Origin: Octopus vulgaris
Taxonomy: Eukaryota
Direction of reading: 5' to 3'
Assembly: GCA_951406725.2 (NCBI GenBank)
Contig: OX597818.1
Span: forward strand, 130,138,001-130,202,000
Length of the DNA: 64,000 bases
In this document: piece by piece, positions 26,975 to 39,193 of the stretch
Layout: each line of letters begins with the position of its first letter
Position numbering within the stretch: the stretch's first letter is position 1
Notes under the pieces: generated by a model
Seen by the model: the letters and a program-made list of their open reading frames with translations, nothing else
The model's database searches: none
What the model was told of the DNA's origin: nothing
Position numbers and translations under genes: made by a program

Positions 26975-27243
26975 GCGATAATCATATGACTGACCAGGAT
27001 ATCAGATGTTGCTACAAATTTCTCATTATAATGTGTTTTTGCATTGTTTTAACCTTCAAATGATGCCACCCAGCTGTCTAGGTGAGCATGTCAACAATCC
27101 CCACCTGATCGAAAGGGGGAATGGAACAGCATGGAAAGAAGTGTTTTTCTCAAGAACACAATGCACTGCCCAGTCAGGGAATCGAACCCACAATCTTATG
27201 AGCCTGAGTGCAATAACCCAACCACTAAACCACGTGCCTTTGC
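26975..27243 (-). mobile_element. Old SINE with a D'-type head and tail type 1
   Basis: Head tggtttagtgg...ggttcgattcc...tgtgttcttgag; tail gggtggcatcatttgaagg.taaaacaatgc...gtagcaacatctgata. Confidence 0.75.
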
Positions 27244-27259
27244 ATATGTATTATACAAC

Positions 27260-27652
27260 TTAAATCCTTAAATCCTTAAAAATGTTTTAGCCCAAAGGCC
27301 GCAGCCATGCTGGGGCACCACCGCTGAATGAGCTACACTAATATGTGAATCCACCTCTGATACGTGGCACTTGATCAACAAGGGAGTTCGATGCCGCTGC
27401 CCGCATCTGTGTCTCCTGTCGTGAGGTAGGTTCATCTGGGACCCCCGACAAGAAGAGATCCAGTTTAGTTTTAAAGAAACCCACATCCACACCATGTAAG
27501 TCTCTCAGGCATTTCGGGAGGATGTTAAAGAGCTGTGGTCCTCTGAAACCCAAGCTGTTGCAGTATCTGGACCTGTATTTTGATGGTGATGTTAGGAATC
27601 TTTGGTACCATGCAGTGGCACCCCGTTCTGCGGCTGGAGTAACTTTATATAA
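27260..27652 (-). mobile_element. 3' end of a CR1/L2-superclade LINE (ORF2 C-terminus, 3' UTR, 8-mer tail)
   Basis: Translates SLGFRGPQLFNILPKCLRDLHGVDVGFFKTKLDLFLSGVPDEP...RAAASNSLVDQ; terminal (ttaaggat)n. Clade assigned from remembered C-terminal motifs. Confidence 0.75.
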
Positions 27653-27659
27653 TACACCA

Positions 27660-28043
27660 CATCGACTGGCCTCCGTGCTGAGGGCACGTAACAAACACTA
27701 TCCGAGCATGGCCGTTCGCCAGCCTCATCTGGCACCTGTGTCGGTGGCACATAAAAACACCATCCGAGCGTGGCCGTCTGCCAGCCTCGTCTGGCACCTG
27801 TGTCGGTGGCACATAAAAACACCATCCGAGCGTGGCCGTCTGCCAGCCTCGTCTGGCACCTGTGTCGGTGGCACATAAAATCACCCACTACACTCTCGAA
27901 GTGGTTGGCGTTAGGAAGGGCATCCAGCTGTAGAAACACTGCCAGATCTGACTGGCCTGGTGCAGCCTTCAAGCTTGCCAGACCCCAGTTGAACCGGCCA
28001 ACCCATGCTAGCATGGAAAGCGGACGTTAAACGATGATGATGA
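27660..28043 (+). mobile_element. Family B element with three tandem 62-bp units
   Basis: ataaaa recurs at 27751, 27813 and 27875; the standard family B 3' end and (gat)n follow. Confidence 0.9.
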
Positions 28044-28288
28044 TATATATTTCTTAAATTCTCGTGTACAAAACTGATTCAGAAAATTAAGAGAAACTGT
28101 ATTGATAAATATCAATACACATATTGTTTATTCACTAGGTTTTGACTGAATGGTTGTGGGTCCATCATATGTAATTAAGTACTTATCTATGTCTTCATGC
28201 ATATTATTTGATTTATCATCCATGCATTACTGAACTGATTGCAATCCATTGGAATACATCTAATACCAGTAACTTCATTCTTCACTTG

Positions 28289-28326
<38 letters not shown>

Positions 28327-28458
28327 ATACATATATATATGTGTGTGTGCGTGTATAAATATATGTATACATATCTATATATACATATGTATTCACACAT
28401 ATATTTGTACATATACGTAAGTGTATGTAATGGATATACATATATATGTGTGTGTGTA

Positions 28459-28490
<32 letters not shown>

Positions 28491-28709
28491 TACACACATA
28501 TATATATATAATATATATATCTATAGGTATGTATACGTACACGTGTGTGCATGTGTATATATATATATGTGTGTGTGTGTGTTTGTGTATGTAATGGATA
28601 TACATATATATATATGTGTGTGTATCTATATTATATATATATATTACATACATATATATATAATATATCTATATATAGGTATGTATATGTACACGTGTGT
28701 GCATGTGTG

Positions 28710-28740
<31 letters not shown>

Positions 28741-29007
28741 TTGTGTACGTATATATACCCACACACTCATGTATACATATATGGCTTCAGTATACATGAC
28801 AAAAGGAAGACATGGAAAAGACGAGAAATCAATTTGTATTTATGTTTTTGTGTTTTCATACAACTCCAATTATCACCAAGTTCCCATCTCTCATGCACCA
28901 GTATTGACACTTTGATGAAAAAACTTAAACTGTCAACTGCAACACTCAACCAAATAGATCCAATGTAGATTTGATTGCTCAACATCTGTGATAACAGCCT
29001 AAATTTT

Positions 29008-29086
29008 TAAGGTTTTAATAGATTTGAATAAAAATTTGAATTTTTTTGCTAAGGTTTTAATAGATTTGAATAAAAATTTGAATTTT
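29008..29086. repeat. 42-bp-period tandem duplication
   Basis: taaggttttaatagatttgaataaaaatttgaatttt at 29008 and 29050. Confidence 0.9.
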
Positions 29087-29225
29087 CTTTTGGTTGATGT
29101 AATACAGAAAGCTATAGTTGGTGGAAAATATAAACGTTATTTTAAATGACTAAATACCACTGTTTTGGTATCAATGTCTATTTTCCAGTGCTTGCATTGG
29201 TCAGATTTTCTACAGACAGATACCT

Positions 29226-29449
29226 ATTTCTTTATTACCCACAAGGGGCTAAACACAGAGGGAACAGACGAGGACAAACATAGGTATTAAGTTGATTACA
29301 TCGACCCCAGTTCGTAACTGGTACTTAATTTATCGACCCCGAAAGGATGAAAGGCAAAGTCGACCTCGGTGGAATTTGAACAACGTAACGCAGATGAAAT
29401 ACCGCTAAGCATTTCACCCGGCGTGCTAACGTTTCTGCCAGCTCGCCGC
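29226..29449 (-). mobile_element. Young family C SINE
   Basis: gcggcgagctggcagaaacgttagc...gttcaaattcc...ctttcatcctttcggggtcgat...agccccttgtgggtaataaagaaat. TSD cagatacct at 29217-29225 and 29450-29458. Confidence 0.9.
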
Positions 29450-30417
29450 CAGATACCTTTCATATCTTTCCTCTAACTAAGCCATCGTGTTTTCGTCTTT
29501 CTTTTAAACCTAGCACTACATAATCCAATGTGTACTTCTTCTTGTTCTTATAAGAGAGAACATGAAGAAGATTTTACTATTTCTAGTAGATTAAATAATG
29601 ATGCAAATGCTTCACTTGTTGGTTCTGTTATTCTTTTATGGTTTCCAAAGGAAGGAAATCTTAATAGTATGACAGGTTAAAATCTTGTGTGAGACTGGTG
29701 AGATTCATTCAATGCTTAACTAAACAGTCTAGCAGTTAAAACTTATGTTTCCTTGAAGAGGTTTAATAAGGCCAAAGCATGTTCATGTGCAGAGATTTCC
29801 CTATGAGTGCAAAGAAAAAAAAAATCAGATCAATTTTTCTCCTTTAAAGCATGGCCATTTCTAATTTTAATTAATAGGAATCTCGGTGAATCAACCCATG
29901 TTTTGCTTTTGGGATTTACATTCCTTGCTTATTTCTGGGTAGATTTAAGCATTGGTCTTATGTTTATCTTTCCAAAACTCATGAAATCTCGATGAATTAA
30001 AGTTTTCTTACCCACACACATTGAGTAAACTATTGAGCCAAATAATTTTACGATACTTAACCCATCTCCCTAACACTGCACCGATTTGAACTGTTTTCTT
30101 GTATAAATAGGTTAAAAATAATGAAGGTGATAAACAGGCAAAAAAATTAATAAAAATAGGCTAACAAGCTGGATTTCAATGTATAATTACACCAGGTGCA
30201 GACATAGCTATCTTAAGAAGATTGTTTCCCAACCATATAGTTTGAGGTTCAGTCCCACAGCATTGCATGCTGGACAAGTGCCTTTTACTATAGATCCAGG
30301 CTGACCAAAGATTTCTGAGTAGATATAGTAGATGGAAACTGAAAGAAGCCCATTGTATATACATATATAAATACAAATTTATAGTGTGTGTATATATATA
30401 TGTGTGCGTGTGTATGC

Positions 30418-30610
30418 ATTATCATCATCATCATCGTTTAATGTCTGCTTTCATGCTGGCATGGGTTGGACAGTGTGACAGGTGCTGGCCAGGTAGAAGC
30501 CTGCACCAGACTTCTGTGACTGTTATGGCAGGGTTTTTACTGCTGGATGCTCTTCCTAACACCAACCACCCAGCAGAGTGGACTTAGTCCTTTTTATGTG
30601 GTACCAGCAC
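30418..30610 (-). mobile_element. Family B element fragment
   Basis: (cat)n then cgtttaatgtctgctttcatgctggcatgggttggac. Confidence 0.75.
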
Positions 30611-30849
30611 AGAGGTTAGTTTAGGCAAGGTTTTTACAGCTGGATGCATATATATATATATATATATATTTATATTTAACTATATAAATAGAGGGTCAAA
30701 ATTATTAAATTAATAATCTCTACCAGTAGTTAGCATGCAATGTGCAACGTGTAATATGTGAGAATGCATTTTTTGTGGTTTGGGTTTTAACTACCATCTC
30801 TAGCATTTCCACATGATGGTCTTCTCTTCATGTATAAATTCTTATACAC

Positions 30850-31079
30850 TACTCTTTTACTCTTTTATTTGTTTCAGTCATGTGACTGTGGCCATGCTGG
30901 AGCACTGCCTTTAGTCGAGCAAATTGACCCCAGGACTTATTCTTTGTAAGCCTAGTACTTATTCTATTGGCCTCTTTTGCTGAACCGCTAATTTACAGGG
31001 ATATAAACACACCAGCATCGGTTGTCAAGCGATGTTTGGGGAACAAACAGACACACAAACACACATACATACATATATG

Positions 31080-31139
<60 letters not shown>

Positions 31140-31318
31140 CATACATACATATATACGATGGGCTTCTTTCAGTTTCTGTCTACCAAATCCACTCACAAGG
31201 CTTTGGTCAGCCTGAGGCTATAGTAGAAGACACTTGCCCAAGGTGCCACACAGTGGGCCTGAACCCAGAACCATGTGGTTCATAAGCAAGCTACTTACCA
31301 CACAGCCACTCCTACACC
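30850..31318 (-). mobile_element. Family A SINE, full length
   Basis: Complete head, body and tail. Confidence 0.95.
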
Positions 31319-31929
31319 TATTATGGAGAAATATTTCCTTGCTTGGGAAACAAGTGAGAGATACTTACAGGAAGAGCATCCAACTGTAGTAAATCTGTTT
31401 CAATAAACTGTCTGACCCATGCAAGCATGGAAAAATGGTCATTAGTACCATGATGATGATGATGATTATGAATTGCACTTTTCGGTTTTTGATGCATGTT
31501 CTAGTTAAGCATTAAGAAATAATTACTTGTCTTACGCAACACTCAATTTTAGAGCAGATGAAAGCCTTTGGTATCAGGTGTTGCCCATCCCATGTGTACC
31601 CTCCTAGTTTATAATCTGTTTTGTTGAAAACTAAAAACATTAACCATATGACTTCTAGAATTCACCATGGAGTAGAATGGAATAAGAGTGGAGTGGGGCG
31701 TGTCTTGTTAGTAAACTGAAAAAAACAAATTTCTTTCATTTTTCAGTTGTTCAAGTTGATCCTTTGGGAAAAAGTAAGCTTAAAGATTTAATTAACGAAA
31801 TAATTATTATTACTATTATATTTTTTTTTTAGTTCTTTAATTTTATTAATATTTGTTTCATTATTTTAACTGGCAACGTTGTTGCTGTTTTTTATTGTTA
31901 TTTTACATCATCAACATCAGTAATATAAT

Positions 31930-31930
<1 letters not shown>

Positions 31931-31984
<54 letters not shown>

Positions 31985-32086
31985 TGTAGTAGTAGTAGTA
32001 GTAGTAGTAGTAGTTGTAGTAGTAGTAGTAGTTGTTGTAGTAGTAGTAGTAGTTGTTGTAGTAGTAGTAGTAGTAGTAGTAGTAGT
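31931..32086. repeat. (AGT)n microsatellite
   Basis: Read directly; it produces the poly-S and poly-T ORFs. Confidence 0.95.
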
Positions 32087-32616
32087 AAACATATTTATAA
32101 CAGTGCAAATTTTTTTAATAACATTTTTGTATATATGTTGTTGGGTTTTTTTTCTCAGTGACCAGATATTACAAATATCTTAAATATTTAGAAGGAAGAA
32201 TATAAGACAAAATATTAGAAGTTATACAAAATGAACATTACAAACGAAGAACTAGTAACTAATGAATAAAGTAGAAATCAGCATCCATTGTTAATTTAAT
32301 GCTGTGCATTGAGAATGCGGAATGGAGATAATGCAGGCAGTAAAAAAAAAATACGATTGCATGTCTTATAAATATCTAGTTCAGTAACCTCATACTTTTT
32401 AGTTTAAATTTTGTCTGCAGTAACTTTAGAGCTATCTTTAACATGTATAGCTTCATCATGTAAACTTTTTTTTCTTATATGGTGTACTGTAATAGTTTCT
32501 CTGCAAAGATGAAAAGTAAATAGCATACATAACAAGTGAGATCGGTCATGTGCAGTACAACAATAGTTTCTTTAAAAATAAACCTATCTGACAAATAACC
32601 AATTCCACCACCTTAA

Positions 32617-33003
32617 CCTTTTCGATACCAACCCGGCTAAAACCGCCTCTGGCTCTGTAGTACAAAAGTCTTGTTTTCATATATTCTGAATGAAAATCTC
32701 TCACCAAACCTTAAGTCACAATTTATGTTCCTAACAAAAGCTTAATGATAACTAAGTTATCTTACTAAATTCTTTGTTATACTCTTACTCTTTTCTCTTT
32801 TACTTGTTTCAGTCATTTGACTGCAGCCATGCTGGAGCACTGCCTTTAATCGAGCAACTCGACCCCAGGACTTATTCTTTGTAAGCCCAGTACTTATTCT
32901 ATTGGTCTCTTTTGCCAAACCGCTAAGTGACGGGGACATAAACACACCAGCATAGGTTGTCAAGCAATGCTAGGGGACAAACACAGACGCACATACATAC
33001 ACG

Positions 33004-33045
<42 letters not shown>

Positions 33046-33275
33046 TACGACAGGCTTCTTTCAGTTTCCATCTACCAAATCCACTCACAAGGCTTTGGTC
33101 GGCCCGAGGCTATAGTAGGAGATACTTGCCCAAGGTACCAGGCAGTAGGACTGAACCTGGAACCATGTGGTTGGTAAACAAGCTACTTACCACACAGCCA
33201 CTCCTGCGCCTGTTATATTTAAAATTAATTGAAAGAAACACAAAGCATTTCAAAATAAATACGGTAACAAAAGGG
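32617..33275. mobile_element. piggyBac-like MITE (same family as 7866-8086) interrupted by a SINE
   Basis: TTAA at 32613-32616 and 33276-33279; colinear with the 7866 copy on both sides of the SINE. Confidence 0.9.
32782..33210 (-). mobile_element. Family A SINE nested in the MITE
   Basis: TSD tgttata at 32775-32781 and 33211-33217; the empty MITE copy has this site only once. Confidence 0.95.
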
Positions 33276-33430
33276 TTAATACATATTGTGAGGATTTGAG
33301 CCCCCAGAAAAAAGTGTATCTCTAAACAGGCACTCAGTTTGTCAGAAATAACACCCAAATTTCCCTTCAATTACATTTTAACATCTTAAAAAACAGGAAA
33401 CACATTGGATAAGATGAACCTAGAAGCAGT

Positions 33431-33720
33431 TATCATCATCATCATCATCGTTTAACATCTGCTTTTCCATGCTTGCATGGGTCAGGCAGAATTTGTTGAA
33501 GCAGGTTTTTTTATAGCTGGATGCTCTTTTTGTTGTCAACCCTTACCTGTTTTCCAAGTAATGTAGTACTTCCAATGACCAGACATGTTCTTCATGGAAA
33601 ATTGGAAATGCACATTGCTTGTATGATGATGATGATGATGATGATGCCCATTTACAACTATCACATGATGTCTTGACAAGGGTACACTCAAACACACACA
33701 CACACACACACACACAAATA
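33431..33720 (-). mobile_element. Family F SINE, 3' part
   Basis: (cat)n tail, ccatgcttgcatggg, and the body shared with 8700-9072. Confidence 0.7.
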
Positions 33721-33928
33721 CGATTGCTCTTCAATTAGATGTTCACTAGACAGAACTGACCTGAAACAAAACAAACAAAATTTTTGAAATAAATCTCTCT
33801 TAAGGTAAAAACCAATAAAATTGGTTAGGTCACAATGGATTATTAATTTCTGTTTTCTCACGACCTCTGCTGGGAGAACAGTAAATTTAATACTACAATG
33901 ATTTTAATTTTGAAATATAAGCAATATA

Positions 33929-34092
33929 GGCGCAGGAGTGGCTGTGTGGTAAGTAGCTTGCTAACCAACCACATGGTTGCGGGTTCAGTCCCACTGCGTG
34001 GCATCTTGGGCAAGTGTCTTCTGCTATAGCCCTGGGCCGATAATGCCTTGTGAGTGGATTTGGTAGACGGAAACTGAAAGAAGCCTGTCGTA

Positions 34093-34147
<55 letters not shown>

Positions 34148-34356
34148 TTGTGTGTCTGTGTTTGTCCCCCTAGCATTGCTTGACAACCGATGCTGGTGTG
34201 TTTATGTCCCCGTCACTTAGCGGTTCGGCAAAAAGAGACCGATAGAATAAGTACTGGGCTTACAAAGAATAAGTCCCGGGGTCGACTTGCTAGATTTAAG
34301 GCGGTGCTCCAGCATGGCCGCAGTCAAATGACTGAAACAAGTAAAAGAGTAAAAGA
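33929..34356 (+). mobile_element. Young family A SINE, full length
   Basis: Runs from ggcgcaggagtggctgtgtgg to (gtaaaaga)n. Confidence 0.95.
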
Positions 34357-34494
34357 ATAATAAAACCATGCAATAAATAAATAAATAAATAAATAAAAGC
34401 TTATTAAAAACCAAGAAAAAAATAGAAGATAATGCAAACAATAAAATAAACAACACAAGAGAAAATTACAGAGAGAAGTTAAATATAGCAGTGT

Positions 34495-34870
34495 GTGGAG
34501 GCGCAATGGCCCAGTGGTTAGGGCAGCGGACTCGCGGTCATAGGATCACGGTTTCGATTCCCAGACCGGGTGCGTTGTGAGTGTTTATTGAGCGAAAACA
34601 CCTAAAAGCTCCACGAGGCTCCGGCAGGGGATGGTGGTGATCCCTGCTGTACTCTTTCACCACAACTTTCTCTCACTCTTACTTCCTGTTTCTGTTGTAC
34701 CTGTATTTCAAAGGGCCGGCCTTATCACTCTCTGTGTCACGCTGAATATCCCCGAGAACTACGTTAAGGGTGCACGTGTCTGTGGAGTGCTCAGCCACTT
34801 ACACAGGCTGTTCCATTGATTCGGATCAACCGGAACCCTCATCGTCGTAACCGATGGAGTGCTTCCATCC
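34495..34870 (+). mobile_element. Family D tRNA-SINE, tail type 2
   Basis: The first ~170 nt match the 23855 copy, then an unrelated 3' part follows (cctgtatttcaaagggcc...gaaccctcatcgtcgtaaccgatggagtgc). Confidence 0.9.
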
Positions 34871-34884
34871 ACAATGTGTCAAAA

Positions 34885-35500
34885 GCCTTTTGACATCACT
34901 AAAGTTTATATTCAATAACTGATCGCCCTCTTTTTGCATTTCCATTGCTTGTCTTAAAGCTAAGATCATATAATTGAAACTTCATTGGCTTTTTAGCAGG
35001 AGATTGTTTTTGATGATATGGTTATTGAGGTGATCAAGGATCGTTCTTTTGCAATTGACAAGAGGGAAATAATTCTACAACTGTTATATGATTGTTACCT
35101 TTGTCCTTGTACAGGTAAATAATTGCTGTATTTTTGAATTCTTGGGGGAATGGTGACTGATAGCCACATCAAGGGAAACCGCTCAATTTCTCAATGTATC
35201 TATAAAATAGTCATATTTCAGCAAGAATTGAACTTAAATTTGGTGCTTTACTAAAGAACAGTGAATTCCCAGTTTCAATGGTTTCAAAAGATTTGGGGAC
35301 TTCATTGAAGGGCGTGTTTATTGGAATCTGCTCCATATTGACAATAAATTCCTTAGATATGCAGGATTGTCTGTTCAAAACATTTTGAAAGTGTTTAGCC
35401 CACCTTTCACATATGGCTTCTTTGTCTGTGATGTGTGGACTTCTATCTACTGTGAGGAAGTATGAAAAACCCACATGAGTTGGGCCATAGATTGTATGAA
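34885..35500 (-). mobile_element. Degenerate RTE (BovB-like) LINE fragment, upstream of and entering RT
   Basis: Translates ITDKEAICERWAKHFQNVLNR...SKAPNLSSILAEI ... PQEFKNTAIIYLYKDKG ... RIISLLSIA. Confidence 0.8.
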
Positions 35501-36353
35501 AGCTTTCAAGATATATACATATACATGTATATATGCAAGTATGAGCACATACATTCATACATTTATATATGAAAAAATGTACATATATATATAATTATAT
35601 ATATATTGTATATATAATTATATATATATATTGTGTATATATATTTATATATATATATATATATATATTTATTTTTATATATATATATATAAAGAGAGAG
35701 AGAGAAACAGAAAGATTTATATACCAAAAGAAAGAGTGCTTATTTTAACAGTTCCTGCCTTTGTTTAAATTTAGACAAACCTCAAAGTATAAAAAAAAAA
35801 AGAAAGAAAAAAGATGCAGTTAAAGATTTAGAAAATTAAGAGGATAGAGAAAGAAAATAAAAGAAAAATGAAGCTAAATCAAGTAGTGAACAAAGAAATA
35901 AAACAAGTCTAATGTTAAAAGACATTATTATAGCTTTGTGTATTCAGATATCAATAAAACAAGATGAAAAAATATTGAATATAGATAACATAATAGCATA
36001 TGTTTTATTATTGACTTAAGAGATGAGATGATACAAACTAACGCAAATAAGAAACTATCGAACATTACAAATATTTTAGCATTGTTGAAGATGTCAGATT
36101 TGGAAAAAAGGAGGGGGAAAAAAAAATCTGTTTCTTTATGTCTTCCCATCTGAAGCCTCTGTATTCTGTAAAGTTTACTATATTAATACAGTTATATTTT
36201 ATTTATAATAGTTTTTTCTAGATCGAGTGGTGGTGGGGAATAGAAAAATCTGTTGATATTCAGATGAGTTTATGAATAAAGAAATGCAACTGAATGAAAA
36301 TTTTCTTGCAAGTAATAGCACAATGTCAAAGAAATAGATATCATTTTATCTGA

Positions 36354-36370
36354 GTGTGTGTGTGTGTATG

Positions 36371-36454
<84 letters not shown>

Positions 36455-36479
36455 TGCGTGTGTGTGTGTGTGTGTGTGT
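36354..36479. repeat. (TG)n microsatellite
   Basis: Read directly. Confidence 0.95.
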
Positions 36480-37260
36480 AATGGTAAGTGAGAGGGAGAA
36501 TATGCATGTGTTGTTATGGAGTTTTAAGTGTATATTTAGCAAAGTACATTGCAACTTTGGAAAGGACAATACACTTTTACAAAAAAAAAAATAAATAAAT
36601 AAATAAGTGAAAAATGAAAATAAAAAGAAAAATGGAAAAAGAATAGAAATATACTCGCATAACAATTTAACATGCAATGAGGAAATCGGAGATGTTTAAC
36701 TATAGATAGCTGGTCTTGATCCTATAAGAATTTTATTTTTTAGTAACATCCTTTGTTTCTCTAAAATATAATGGATTTGATTGTTCTATATATTCAGACA
36801 TTTGTTTGAAAAAATTGTTGGAGCCAGTTCAAATTTTACAGCTGGATACTATTCCAAATATCAACTATTCAACCATGAAATAAAAATAGACTTTTTAGTT
36901 TCAGTTGACGGTCCAAAGATTGAGTGTTAACTCTAGGTTGTGATTAATTCATCAGTACTATTATGTGAAATTAATCATGCCAATGCTTAGGATCACAGGT
37001 TCAGTAAACTGGATGTGAAGGAAAAAAAAAAAATCAAGGTATTTCACGGAAGAGGAAAAATTACAAAATCAGCCAGCGATAGTTACTCGATGCTAGCTGC
37101 GGCTGAAGATTGGGTAACACTTCAAAATCTTAATTTGATAAAAAACAACAAAAAAAAAACAAATGCAGTACAGTGAGACTGAACCTGAATTCAAATCCAG
37201 ATGGTTGTAAAACTAACATGTTGACCACACAGGCATGCTAATGTATGCATGTGTACATAT

Positions 37261-37563
37261 ATCACCGTGACTGACCAGGCTATCTGATGCTGCTACACAT
37301 CGCTGGTCACAATGCACTTCACATTTTTTTTAGCCTTCAAATGATGCCACCCCGCTGGCTAAGCGAGCAGGCTAACAGAAGAAAGAGTGAGAGAAAGTTG
37401 TGGCAAAAGAGTACAGCAGGGATCGCCACCACCCCAAGCCGGAGCCTCGTGGAGCTTTAGGTATTTTCGCTCAATAAACACTCACAACGCCCGGTCTGGG
37501 AATCGAAACTGCGATCCTACAACCGTGAGTCTGCTGCCCTAACCACTGGGCCATTGTGCCTAC
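37261..37563 (-). mobile_element. Family D tRNA-SINE, tail type 1
   Basis: Reverse-complement match to 23855-24142. Confidence 0.9.
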
Positions 37564-37592
37564 ACATGTACATATATATAGACTATATTTAC

Positions 37593-39193
37593 ATAAGAGG
37601 GTGGTCTGAAAATTTCATAGGTGTCACGTTAGAGCTGTAATATCTTGCATACATTAATTTCATCTCTTGTTATCAATATCTGTATCGTTCTTTCTGGTAA
37701 ACTGACATCTCACTGACTCTTCAAAGAAGACATCAAAAGTAACTAGTAGTTACTTCTCTTGAAAATGGACAAAATTTGGCATTGTGGTGTTATCATACTG
37801 ACATGGTTGCTACACTGGGGGAGGATACTCCAGTGTTATCGAGAGTGGCCAGCTGAATTTAGGAGGTGAAGAGAGAATCTTGAAGATGACCCAGTGTCTG
37901 GATGTCCTGCAACTGTCACCACCAAGGAAAACATTGGTTGTCTTCACCACATGCTGATGGATGATAGACAATTTACTGTGAATTAAACAGCCAAATCTGT
38001 TAGCATATCTCGTGAGAAACTTGAGAATATTGTGCACAATCAACTCAGGATTATGAAGATTTCTACTCAGTGGGCGCCATGTCTTCTGCCACCTGATCAA
38101 AAGTGCACCAGGTTGGTCACATCACAGGAAAATTTGACATTATTTGAGGCAGAGCCATCTGGTTTCCTCGAGCATTTTCTAACCTAGGATGAGTGTTGGC
38201 TTCATCACTTCGAACCAGAGACAGAGACAAGCCATACAGTGGAAACACCCTTCCTCACTGCTCCAAAGACACCCAAGGTTGTTTCACCTGCTGTGAAGGT
38301 GATGGCGTCAGTTTTTTTGGGCTGCAAAAGGCAGTTACAAAAGGCTATCAAGAACAAGCACTCAGGAAAACTGACAAAAAGAGACTTGTTTCATCAGGAC
38401 AATATTCCAGCCCACAGCTGTTGGTTTCAATGGCTGTGGTGCATAAATGTGGCTGTGAACTGGATGATTACCCTCCCTGTTTTTCTGATTTCATCCCGTC
38501 TGACTATCATTTGTTCCTCAACTGGAAAAACACTTGGCCGGGAATCAGTATTCCAGTGAGGATGACAATATCTGCTGTTACTCTTTTACTCTTTTACTTG
38601 TTTCAGTTATTTGACTGTGGCCATGCTGGAGCACCGCCTTTAATCGAGCAACTCGACCCCGGGACTTATTCTTTTGTAAGCCCAGTACTTATTTTATCGG
38701 TCTCTTTTGCCGAACCGCTAAGTAACGGGGACACAAACACACCAGCATCGGTTGTCAAGCAATGCTAGGGGGACAAACACAGACACACAAACACACACAC
38801 GCATATATATATACATACATATATATGATGGGCTTCTTTCAGTTTCCGTCTACCAAATCCACTCACAAGGTTTTGGTCGGCCCGAGGCTATAGTAGAAGA
38901 CACTTGCCCAAGGTGCCACGCTATAGTAGAAGACACTTGCCAAGGTGCCCAAGGTGCCACGTAGAAGACACTTGCCCAAGCTACTTATCACACAGCCACT
39001 CCTGCGCCTATATGTTGATGACTTTTTTCACCAACAACATGAAACTTTCTTCTTCAATGGGATACAAACACTACAATACCCATGGAAGAAGTGTACAAGC
39101 CACAAGAGGGACTATGCTGAAAAATAAGCTTCATTTAGTCACATTCTGTGAGAGCATCTTGGTCAGCCCATGAACTCTTCAGCTGACCCTCAT
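37593..39193 (+). mobile_element. mariner transposon, near full length but pseudogenised, with a nested SINE
   Basis: Degenerate TIRs gagggtggtctgaaaatttcatagg / cccatgaactcttcagctgaccctc. Transposase remnants LEDDPVSGCP, QWAPCLL (WVPHEL-like), T*DECWLHHFEPE, FHQDNIPAH, PPCFSDFIPSDYHLF (YSPDLAPSD-like) and WKKCTSHKRDYAEK*. Confidence 0.9.
38579..39008 (-). mobile_element. Family A SINE inside the mariner ORF, with a rearranged head
   Basis: Tail and body are standard; the B-box segment is replaced by repeats at 38887-38980. Confidence 0.9.

Noticed and set aside
27688-27879. CRISPR-like repeat array
   Set aside because: The units are contiguous with no unique spacers, there are no cas genes, and the context is a eukaryotic retroelement.
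33929-34000. tRNA genes at SINE heads
   Set aside because: A and B boxes run straight into SINE bodies with no complete cloverleaf or terminator.
38193-38768. 191-aa ORF that could look like an active transposase
   Set aside because: It is a chimeric reading across frameshifted mariner sequence and a SINE; the transposase has stops and deletions.
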